From the NCBI GenBank assembly GCA_036501235.1, contig DASYAR010000143.1:1-50967 (forward strand): DNA of 50,967 bases, given 5' to 3'. Made by a program: the position numbers and the translations under genes. Positions 18,201 through 22,437 of the stretch are shown piece after piece. The DNA is from Planctomycetaceae bacterium (lineage in GTDB: Bacteria > Planctomycetota > Planctomycetia > Planctomycetales > Planctomycetaceae). The notes beneath the pieces were generated by a model. That model saw only the letters and a program-made list of their open reading frames with translations. It did not search any database and was not told where the DNA came from. Numbering within the stretch: position 1 is the stretch's first letter; each line of letters begins with the position of its first letter.

Positions 18201-18595
18201 TTCAGCGGCGACTCACTTTCGAGCGGCGCCGGCTGCCCGTCAGAAACTGGCTCGGACGTGGTGCTGGTTGTTTCCGCTGCGGGCTGGTCGTCCGAATGGG
18301 ACTTGTCGGAGGTCTGGGACCTGTCAGTTCCAAGTGCCTGGCTGCCACCTGTGCGCTGCAACTCGGCGAACCATTCGGGATCAACCGAAAACGGCAACCG
18401 CAAGGTGGGAATGACTTGCGTCAGCACGGGCAAGAGAAGCATGCCGCACAGCACGCCCATCCACGCCCGATGCCGCAGGTTGCTGTCGCGGACCCGCAGC
18501 AGGGAGAGGCCTGCCGCCGCGACCAGCGCCACGAGCGCCGCTTTTACCGAGGCATCGACAAACACAATCAGCCACTGGATGGAAAGGTCTGACAT
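6296..18595 (-). CDS. Giant (4,099 aa) BlaR1/MecR1-type M56 metallopeptidase-domain membrane protein fused to ~3,650 aa of repeated carboxypeptidase-regulatory-like (Ig-like beta-sandwich) modules
   Basis: Single uninterrupted 12.3-kb ORF. N-terminal hydrophobic helices and the zinc motif H-E-R-T-H (aa 312-316, nt 17648..17662) sit in the context VVLIHERTHAERGDC...YWFHPLAWW, typical of M56. The rest is built from dozens of G-R-V/I-x-D-x-x-G-x-P ... D-x-x-G-R-F/Y units. A BlaI-type repressor gene lies upstream on the same strand. Confidence 0.85.
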   Translation of the reverse strand: MSDLSIQWLIVFVDASVKAALVALVAAAGLSLLRVRDSNLRHRAWMGVLCGMLLLPVLTQVIPTLRLPFSVDPEWFAELQRTGGSQALGTDRSQTSDKSHSDDQPAAETTSTTSEPVSDGQPAPLESESPLNGYDRALAGRPDWPGARGRWPGEFHSGPPQSYGTSDDALTENPSAEPAAVAETKPVEPEAAERSAIAAAVEPSVWKSLMARIPLVFWSVWILGAALLTLRLLAGLWMAQKLRRASRLIDPARLPALVTNANTFAPSRRDVPILECPTIRVPFTLGVFHPRILLPPDWINWSVEKLHVVLIHERTHAERGDCALALLAELNRCLYWFHPLAWWLRRRLASLAEAACDDAAIGTTGDRASYARHLLEVAATARAHRGRLVIGGVSMARCSSVETRIDSILDFRRPLSQRLTRGTALVLVAVIVPLIALAAALRPSTGKEEAPLVVVAEEAQNDVPTETAAESSPEYSVLSTQESAQDNPDSLLPMVDNPDANPPLDPPVDGGKENVPAENGEKKEASSPDGGKPESPSPSTQSPGVGAAEAGKSRSVRGRVVDAAGKPLADVSLQVLKFGPNRVIAAEEADGPLLAQTKTDADGRFALELEEGRRMPLVAEHPGYALDLFDIPERGDVPAAEIVLKPEQPIPGRMIDAEGRPVAGAKVFIGARLSPRQPNLLDEYLEERKKGSPGPPVENRFLTLRFMPTSYLPISDAEGRFVIHGIAADGACQIQINDDRFVRERVVVVNRQGLDTAPYNPPAAGNRQAPVRLVGPDFTHVGIPGLTIEGRATANGKPAADLIVRASANLSVVGVTTTDAEGRYRLTGVPRGREVRMSFGGPERQTEVLRHEVTISTTADDAQKTVDVELKLGSVGEGTLLSGRVIDPLTGNGVPAFVRFVPMLGNEFANQPRYKDALRGARQVRANGGGEFRVPVIPGPGAVMVQVNPTIRIGGHMVSPFRMGVVSKADSAKLKLTERPFGKAFPAAGGGFSSLDLSNIAQYVDLAEGAQAEPIEITLDRGKTAELEIVDGDGQPVTGAVIVGIDDFSFPTRLDESRTTLYALAAESPRKLIVRHSLHGLAGLLTVTGNEPSPIRMMLDKAAAIRGRAVDKSGAPIAETACETFSQATFQLQKFENTGKPQQKTGADGRFRFDNLIPGEPIELRVSVDGKLLTAKLTAEQQPQKPGQEVDLGDVVFAPPNQQLPQPNKQNMAAATPPPLSAENSVLSTQSPAADIPKSSAKSDGTFTFAGSVVDEQGQPVARAKVSVSYFHKNPSAPDALPALLTDERGKFEFSAKNGDFVDGADGGQGFWFDAGLVAVKAGYGFAFRPLVHFETSGRPASELPDRQRDRLAIPPGKKSNVLTLVRDDIPIRGRILNADGQPVAGATIEAFEFWEGKDGTLDAWDAASKKPDADTSTTTPHLRQIARGHTVNFNFRGGMGSAPARRATMHGNVFAGSRPPLIPVVHTGEDGRFTLHGIGRERIAELLISGPGIETSEERVRTRAGETVKLGLDSPVPHASLAFTYHPHEFTLVSGPSIPVTGRVTDFKTGQPLAGVGVESSGQWKGVVTDTDGKYRLEGLPVGVNDLLITPPARSRHLPGGVHLTTTAAAPTVVRDISLTAGVLVRGRAIDETTGKPVRGNLQYFAYKTNPHATESDSLHEGHSQNGIHPDADGRFEIPVLPGQGILALRAGTEFPDGVGADGIDCPRQATGGNSIVFETWPTYCIASAHSLLAPINPRPEDNESTVNLALRSTGSEFQARVFAPDGQPLINYLVFGARRGVVWQRNTRESFNVTAYNPSETRRLIVFHQERNLVGYRDLSGEPPKDLAITLQPAATLVGRVLDADDGNAPFPQVSISDSRYTVFLRGQPSAADLEHGVLQINLKTDSDGRFELKGIVPGLKYSAYLNFRPGFFTERRLKGSRQGPVFSDVTAEPGQTKNLGDLVLKLDSGKPAESVKPTTNEKPPLDPPVDGGKKRVSTENGGKTNSPAANTEKADIRATGNGNVKSSLGTEYSVLSTQSSRTVRGRVVDAAGKPIAGVALSVPVMTDKQPQLQNEWKLNPKATTDAEGRFAAEILESDFPAWREISLIAQHRDYGVEWFNISNQGEIPQAEIVLYPEQVIRGRMIDAEARPVAGAKIAIRSLLAPETGNSLDAILAERQKQTFGGRTGARHAAGGLPDSFGAVSDDEGRIVLHGVAAERLCAIEISAGDFATTTVLVANRQGLDAVPYNQPRRDVFGGRAPDLLVGPEFTHVGVPGLTIEGRVTAAGGKPVADLTVGASPMGTTFTRTATDADGRYRLSGLPRGRQLSVRFAMSGHGDLLPSMVRLSPNGDEGLKTVDIELKNGIVVSGRVVDPLTGGGVRGAITFLPLPGNEFVQKPGYEGSNSGGIIGYADDEGHFRFAAMPGRGVLAVEANSRIESGPIFRCGAISDEDVPQIKPQDSQFGGRYFATAIGQMGLMRYHLVKYVNFSEDGGPYSVDLKLDRGKSVDLEFVDDVGQPVTGLAVSGLADGQGFQARQVTEASTTIFALGSDRPRQVIALHPDRGLAGSVTLTGEEASPVRLTLGKSAAIWGRAVDESGDPIGSAEFGLQVLQEFQRFLNTGKPAPATDKDGRFRITNLVPGEPFHLILRLDGKPLNAKLTKEQQTLKPGQDLDLDDVVFVPQGRQLPQQNEAGKPATKPPLSTQSSRTIRGRVVDPDGKPFAGARIWVVGWYGGISTGVKNVPVAEATSRADGSFEIEFSRVKLELAAWGLSLSDSMTTIVAFGDNFGPVWKRLDELPSEEDVMLELARDDLPVTGRILDPEGRPVRNVKIAVSNLRAPKDGDLSGFLKAVAGGQIRPMAIYDWMTFLPDFDGIPLPAAITDDQGRFRLAGVGRERYAEFSITAPNVAYGEGSIVTRPGASTVMQEMDQRAPNAAKLARRLYGAEIEFVALPSRPVTGTVRDAETGKPMPGIRIFNWRFAGSPLFGSIVIDTFTDKDGRFQLSGMPLGEGNLIMIVPPTDQPYFSRQATVAVDAKLDPVPLEIGLHRGIWITGRVADKATGQPVSAVVHWTPYRTNEFAQKLTAEFGPSGMRTGWTNYRVDPDGTYRVLGLPGRALVAASVNSPHAQSYRLGTGREKLDPADRGGLIPGRMGPAGMLPQTVWRAQPGSMRMYHSLKEINVPESAESFTCDVELDPGESLRVSVVDREGQPLSGFSVRGNRRLPADEPTRTQGSSFDVPTMGPGDKRILLIHHVEKQLGKVATVEFQPDGPREMKITLEPCSTVTGRIVAPAVDPKTGGKLVLMARLDGLDGTRRQLGKCDLDKEGRFRFDGLLLGCEYLLLFEGIVERVATPFEQYRSGPFDVEPGETKDLGDVRLTTGNPGTADPGTRPPAAPTILQSPQRAADKGTETPRSDKAASPPEPRQARSDRPTPLPDGRGSAVAARGSAGPSPPSPAADKSKSTANSEGTITAIHGHIIGPDGKPAVKANVAIIGSRIQPERGGDLSSRSHVLAEVTTHDGGRFEIKLADVSSKAYSRAHIIARSEGSGLAWRRLDPDAHDVDVALELPAEQVIRARFIDIEGQPAGGVRVSIGSVISRSAAEARSEAAESVGYQKLEKPPQAWPPLVTADPQGAFEIRGIPADHGVYLDVEGTDRIAPQWISINTGFSEERSTNDGTYRSLVRNFKPGEEAVLPLAPAQLFEGVVRFEDTGEPAPHARLTIWASQQQFGGSMISLAGKADARGRYRINPLPGVRFGITAYPPDGVPYLIREIRDIRHRDGALVKQVDVSLPRGVLVRGRVVESGTTNPIAGVAVQYVPETRNNPNVADDIVTGWQGIQLSGMDGAFEIAVLPGPGTLLANGPGKQFVSHEFGSRQLERGLPGGERNYAHAMQRINPKPNSDPLDLTLTLHRGVTISGRITNSADEPVEKALLISRLNIHSSELTWRGFPIEALGGRFELSGLGESREYPVHFLDPKNRLGATVVFKAGDQSPTVVLEPCGEAVATFADSLGKPIPDVQPDFEFVVAPGPHRFGSSAMRLVALAADAEYVVNIDRTNYREGPKSDAEGRITFPALIPGGRYRIVTHNDGKVVVRKEFVAESGKTLDLGKIIVAPQKDE
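12532..12559. repeat. 28-nt perfect palindrome of AGTACT-containing heptads inside the giant CDS
   Basis: actgagtactcagtactgagtactcagt is its own reverse complement. It encodes ...EYSVLSTQ... at the B1/A2 module junction. Confidence 0.85.
14905..14940. repeat. Heptad (TACTGAG) tandem repeat inside the giant CDS
   Basis: actgagtactgagtactgagttctcagcactcagtg encodes ...LSAENSVLSTQS... at the A1/B1 junction. Confidence 0.8.
17152..17179. repeat. Near-perfect 28-nt palindrome of the same heptads inside the giant CDS
   Basis: cctgggtactcagtactgagtactcagg has an 18-nt perfect core at 17157..17174. It encodes ...PEYSVLSTQES... in the linker between the M56 region and module A1. Confidence 0.8.
17273..18595 (-). 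other. M56 (BlaR1-like) transmembrane protease region of the giant protein (aa 1-~441)
   Basis: Predicted helices at about aa 8-33, 45-63, 211-237 and 421-441, with HERTH at aa 312-316. An acidic, Ser/Pro/Glu-rich low-complexity insert of ~130 aa (aa ~75-200) lies between helices 2 and 3. Boundaries estimated by eye. Confidence 0.7.
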
Positions 18596-18617
18596 GTTCG
18601 GTTCCTGATCGTCACGA

Positions 18618-18658
18618 CCCCTGCCGGTTTACCCGGCAGGTGAAGAAGATTGCCTGGC
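18618..18658 (+). repeat. Hairpin repeat (family R4), copy 1
   Basis: cccctgccggtttacccggcaggtgaagaagattgcctggct. Stem CCTGCCGG/CCGGCAGG with a 5-nt loop. Confidence 0.75.
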
Positions 18659-18687
18659 TAGGTGCGACGCCACCCCAAGTCCTAAGG

Positions 18688-18729
18688 CCCCTGCCGGCTC
18701 GTCCGGCAGGTGAATCAGATTCTGTGGCT
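18688..18729 (+). repeat. Hairpin repeat (family R4), copy 2
   Basis: cccctgccggctcgtccggcaggtgaatcagattctgtggct is a direct repeat of copy 1, 70 nt downstream, with the same 8-bp stem. Confidence 0.75.
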
Positions 18730-18793
18730 GAAAGTCTCGATTTCACGGTTCATGTCTCTGATATTCCTGTCACCATTTTCTTCGTTCGTCTTT

Positions 18794-18824
18794 TATCCGC
18801 GCTGATCCGCGTCCATCCGCGGCT
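18794..18824 (+). repeat. ATCCGCG-family repeat (family R2)
   Basis: tatccgcgctgatccgcgtccatccgcggct. A related tccgtgtgaatctgtggcc variant follows at ~18861..18880, and a partial hairpin copy agccgcg-tttatt-cgcggct lies at 6257..6276. Confidence 0.7.
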
Positions 18825-18928
18825 AAATTTCTCTCGTCCTGTTCGTCGTAAGCTGTGTTCTTCCGTGTGAATCTGTGGCCCACATCTTTTGTTCCGTTTG
18901 AACTCTGGAATGGCCCCTCCTGTATCGC

Positions 18929-19342
18929 CTATTTTTTGCTGCGGCCCGATTTCTTTTGTGTTGCATCAGCTTGTGAAATCCGCTCGGCCAGCTCGCGGAG
19001 CTTGTCGGGCGAGATCAAGTCGTCGTCGACCATTCCCACCAGCAGATTCTCGACCGACCCGGCGCAAAACCGGTCGACAATGCCGCGCACCTGCTGGGTG
19101 GCCACCGATTGCGGTTCGACTCGCGGCCGGTAAACGTATGTCCGGCCGTCGACGTCGTGCTCGACGTAGCCTTTATCTTCGAGCCGTCGCAGGATTGTGC
19201 GAACCGTCGAATCCTTGAGATCCTGAGTCCGCCGCAGCGCGGCCCGCACCTCGTCTGAAGTCAGCCGCTGGCGTTCCCACACCACCTGCATGACGGCGTT
19301 CTCCAGCACGCTCAGCCGGGGCCTGTCGTTCCTCTGCGCCAT
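18929..19342 (-). CDS. BlaI/MecI/CopY family winged-helix transcriptional repressor
   Basis: LSVLENAVMQVVWERQRLTSDEVRAAL...DSTVRTILRRLEDKGYVEHDVDGRTYVYRP matches the Penicillinase_R pattern. Preferred start is ATG 19342 (MAQRND...), preceded by GAAAGGA. The track start at 19408 is a TTG that is itself the TTGACA -35 box. Confidence 0.85.
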   Translation of the reverse strand: MAQRNDRPRLSVLENAVMQVVWERQRLTSDEVRAALRRTQDLKDSTVRTILRRLEDKGYVEHDVDGRTYVYRPRVEPQSVATQQVRGIVDRFCAGSVENLLVGMVDDDLISPDKLRELAERISQADATQKKSGRSKK

Positions 19343-19359
19343 CGCGTCATTCCTTTCGC

Positions 19360-19408
19360 TACAGAATGTAATGTTACAATATGTAACAACTGCGGCACGT
19401 TCTGTCAA
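19360..19408 (-). promoter_or_regulatory. Candidate blaI promoter with overlapping BlaI-type operator dyads
   Basis: On the minus strand, TTGACA (19408..19403) is followed by a 17-nt spacer and TACATA (19385..19380). Plus-strand dyads are GTTACA-ATA-TGTAAC (19373..19387, perfect) and TACA-GAA-TGTA (19360..19370). TACA/TGTA half-sites are the known BlaI/MecI operator signature. Confidence 0.5.
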
Positions 19409-19760
19409 TCATGCCGTATTCCAATTTCTTTCGCTACTGTCCGTGTTGTCGCTGCGCGACCCGGGTGCATCCGTGAATTGGGGGTATGCCTGTGAAGTAA
19501 CGCCGATGCTGGCAGCATCTGCCACGTGGGCGACGCTGCCAGTGTCGGCGTTTCTGGGCGCCACTCCATTTAACAGTTGCGCCCTGTGTTCGATCCGTTT
19601 TGAAATGCCTTATTGTCCGCCGCGCGGCGTATATAATGACAGGTGATTGGGCTGCAGAAATCGCGGGCAGGCGAATGTGTCTCCGGAGCGTGGGGCCGAA
19701 CCGTGCAGGGACCGAGTTGTTCACTCGCAGCTGCCAAATGAGAGGCAAATGCGATCGAGC

Positions 19761-19844
19761 GCGTCTCAAAACGTGCTCGACCCGTCTCAAAACCTGCCTG
19801 ACGCGTCTCAAAACCTGCCTGACGCGGCCCAAACTGGCCTGTTT
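19761..19844. repeat. Tandem 21-nt direct repeats (about 3 good units plus 1 degenerate)
   Basis: gcgtctcaaaacgtgctcgac / ccgtctcaaaacctgcctgac / gcgtctcaaaacctgcctgac / gcggcccaaactggcctgttt. Lies in an ~800-nt non-coding gap upstream of blaI. Confidence 0.8.
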
Positions 19845-20210
19845 GTGAAATGCGATCTTAACGATGCCCATGCAACGCAAGTCAATTTCCAGACATCACT
19901 TGTGGCGGATTCCTCTGCTAGAAACGGCTCTGGCGCGGATCGGGCCGGTAGCCCGGGCTGGAACGATGCGATCGACGTAAGTGGCCGTGCTGTGGGCGGA
20001 TGCGGCGTGAATTTGTCGTCGCGTTGAGCCGGCGCGCACGACCCGCATTATTCACGACGAAGGGTATGCAGAAACGAATTCCGATCCGTAAAAAACGCGG
20101 GACATGGCACGGCTCGAAACGTCAAATCTCAATCCACAAGATTGTCGATCGGCCGGGGCACTTTGTCGAACCACCCCCAAATGACGGATGCACCCCAAGC
20201 CGTGCTGCGC

Positions 20211-20519
20211 TTACGGCAGCTCGACGAGCACGTCGTCGCCCTCGACCTTCACGGGGAAGCCCTGGTGGCTCATCCGAGGATTGAGGCAATTCTGGCCGGT
20301 CGACACGTCGAATTGCCAGCCGTGCCAGGGGCAAGTGACCGTCGTGCCGCGCAGCGTCCCCTCGCCGAGCGGACCGCCGGCGTGGGGGCAGACGCCATCG
20401 AGCGCGTAGAACTTACCGTCGACATTGAACAGGGCCACGACGCGATCGTCGGCCATCACCTCTTTGGACGAGCCCGGAGGGACATCACTGACGCTGGCAA
20501 CGCGGATCGACCGAGACAT
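20211..20519 (-). CDS. Small Rieske [2Fe-2S] domain protein (NirD-like ferredoxin subunit)
   Basis: C-P-H ... C-P-W-H cluster ligands in DGVCPHAGGPLGEGTLRGTTVTCPWHGWQFD. Preferred start is ATG 20519 (MSRSIRVAS...), giving ~103 aa, a typical size. The track ORF extends to 20603. Confidence 0.8.
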   Translation of the reverse strand: MSRSIRVASVSDVPPGSSKEVMADDRVVALFNVDGKFYALDGVCPHAGGPLGEGTLRGTTVTCPWHGWQFDVSTGQNCLNPRMSHQGFPVKVEGDDVLVELP

Positions 20520-20931
20520 CTGGCACCGGAGGGAAGGACGGAAGGACGAAAACAGGGGCGAGGGTTCAGACAGATTATATCGGTGTACAAGTTGATCTAA
20601 CACTGGTCCAGGAGAGATCTGCGCAACCCATTCTGGGTTGGGCGAACTTTATCCCTGATTCCCAGGGTAGCCCGGCGAGCCGGGCAACCCTGGTCTGTGC
20701 TGCGTAACTGCTTCGCAGTACTTTCTAACCTACCTCGGCAAGTCGACATGACCTTCGACCTCGCCGAATGCACCACCAGCTAGCGGATGCACTCGGCCGT
20801 CAAACCTGGGTGGTCATGCCCTACAGTTGACCGGACAGTTGTGTTACGGTAGGGAATTGACGGCTTTATGCAGGAATCGAGAATTGTTCGGCGGAGTCGC
20901 CAGGGTCAAAAGTCAATCAGCTTGGAAAGAT

Positions 20932-22071
20932 ATGCTTCGATTATTGACTGCGGGTGAATCGCACGGGAAGACGCTGCTGGCCGTCGTGGACGGTTTTCCG
21001 GCGGGCTTGAAAATCGACACAGCTCAGATCGACCGCGAGCTCGAGCGCCGGCAGGGAGGGTACGGCCGCGGCGGCAGGCAAAAACTTGAAACCGACACCG
21101 TCGAAGTGCTCACCGGCGTCTGGCAGGAAGCAACTGTGGGAAGCCCGATCACGCTCGCCGTCGCCAATCGCGATTCGAAGCTCGAACGGCTCAAGGACGT
21201 GGAACGCCCCCGCCCCGGACATGGCGACCTGACGGGGGCCATCAAATACCTCGGCTCGATTCGCGGCGTGCTGGAACGGGCCAGTGCCCGCGAGACGGCG
21301 GCCCGCGTCGCCGCCGGGGCGCTTGCCAAGCAGCTCCTGGGTGAATTCGGAATGTCGGTTCTGGGTTATGTCGTGCAACTCGAGCAGATTGTGGCTGCTC
21401 CGCGAGACGGCAGTCTCGAAGAGCTGCGCTCGCTGCGCGATGCCAGCCCGATGTACACGCTCAATCCCGACGTCGATCCGCACATCGTCGAGCGTGTCGA
21501 CCAGGCGACGTCCGAAGGGGATACGCTGGGCGGAATCGTCGAAGTCAAAGTGTTTCAGCCGCCGTTCGGGCTGGGAACGCACGCCCAGTGGGATTGCAAG
21601 CTCGACGGCCTGTTGGCGCAGGCGGTGATGAGCATTCAGGCGATCAAGGGTGTGGAAATCGGAATGGGATTCGAAGCGGCGCGCCGGCCTGGTTCGCAGG
21701 TGCACGATGAAATCGCTTTCGACCCGGCCGGCAGCTCGGGGCCGTCACTCGGTTACGTCCGCAAGACGAATAACGCCGGTGGATTGGAAGCGGGGATGAC
21801 GAACGGACAGCCGATCGTCGTGCGGGCCGCGATGAAGCCAATCAGCACGCTCCGCCGTCCGCTGGCATCGATCAATCTGGCCACCAAAGAAGCCGAGAGC
21901 GCCGCCTACGAGCGGAGCGATGTGTGCGCCCTGGCGGCGTGCAGCGTGATCGTTGAAAACGTCGTGGCATTCACCGTGGCCCAGGCGTTCATCGAGAAAT
22001 TCGGCGGCGACAGTCTCATCGAAATGCGGGCCAGGTATGATACGTTTCTGGAGCTGGCCCGGGAGAGATAG
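20932..22071 (+). CDS. aroC: Chorismate synthase
   Basis: MLRLLTAGESHGKTLLAVVDGFPAGL is the conserved AroC N-terminus, and the remaining length and motifs (RPGHGD, SARETAARVAAG) are consistent. The track start at 20827 is an upstream TTG extension. Confidence 0.93.
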   Translation: MLRLLTAGESHGKTLLAVVDGFPAGLKIDTAQIDRELERRQGGYGRGGRQKLETDTVEVLTGVWQEATVGSPITLAVANRDSKLERLKDVERPRPGHGDLTGAIKYLGSIRGVLERASARETAARVAAGALAKQLLGEFGMSVLGYVVQLEQIVAAPRDGSLEELRSLRDASPMYTLNPDVDPHIVERVDQATSEGDTLGGIVEVKVFQPPFGLGTHAQWDCKLDGLLAQAVMSIQAIKGVEIGMGFEAARRPGSQVHDEIAFDPAGSSGPSLGYVRKTNNAGGLEAGMTNGQPIVVRAAMKPISTLRRPLASINLATKEAESAAYERSDVCALAACSVIVENVVAFTVAQAFIEKFGGDSLIEMRARYDTFLELARER

Positions 22072-22169
22072 CGCGTTGTGTCAATTCGTCGTTTCTGCCT
22101 CGAATGAATGGGCGCACTTGACGAGGAGCTCATTGGGAGATGCGGTTTTCCGGTGACGGAAAGCTGCGG

Positions 22170-22249
22170 AGCAGCGGCATACTTTAGCCAATGGCGCAAG
22201 CCACTGGGAAGTTGCAGAATTCATTCAAAGCCCCGGTAGGGGCGACATA
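22170..22249 (-). repeat. ~69-nt repeat unit (family R5), inverted copy
   Basis: The reverse complement reads tatgtcgcccctaccggggct...cccagtggcttgcgccattggctaaagtatgccgc, colinear with 22323..22391. Confidence 0.7.
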
Positions 22250-22322
22250 GTGAGGAAAACTCGCTGGGCATTGAGCGAATCGGTTGCAGGTTTTTTTAGA
22301 AACGACGTCGCTGCGATACTCG

Positions 22323-22415
22323 TATGTCGCCCCTCACGGGGCTGGATACAAAACTTCTACTTGTTCCAGTAGCTGGCGCCACTGGTTAAATTATGTCGCC
22401 CCTGCCGGGGCTGGA
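22323..22415 (+). repeat. ~69-nt repeat unit plus partial second unit (family R5)
   Basis: tatgtcgcccctcacggggctgga...ccagtagctggcgccactggttaaat is followed directly by tatgtcgcccctgccggggctgga. It fills the aroC/hydrolase intergenic gap up to the ATG at 22438. Confidence 0.7.
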
Positions 22416-22437
22416 GTGATCTGGAGATTTCCCGCTG

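Noticed and set aside
19630-19637. TATATAAT box as a plus-strand promoter for a small RNA.
   Set aside because: The candidate -35 hexamers (TTGAAA at 19600, TTGTCC at 19613) lie at spacings of ~26 and ~13 nt, and neither fits. Nothing else supports it, so I keep it only as a note for RNA-seq inspection.
19761-19844. Possible CRISPR array suggested by the short direct repeats.
   Set aside because: The units are contiguous 21-mers with no spacers, there are only ~4 copies, and no cas genes are in the window.
19434-19880. 148-aa minus-strand ORF, together with plus-strand ORF 19647..20027, in the gap upstream of blaI.
   Set aside because: Both are largely translations of the 21-nt tandem repeat (VRQVLRR x3 / SQNLPDA x3) and are Arg-rich. 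No start context or motif supports a real gene.
20827-20931. N-terminal extensions of several track ORFs: aroC from 20827, Hsp70 to 28627, Rieske to 20603, blaI to 19408, TolB-like from 45929, DUF362 from 42873, toroid-repeat gene from 41729, and 29040..29372.
   Set aside because: The extensions are non-ATG or out-of-context starts that read as junk or overlap neighbouring genes or promoters. Conserved family N-termini begin at the internal starts given in the feature list.
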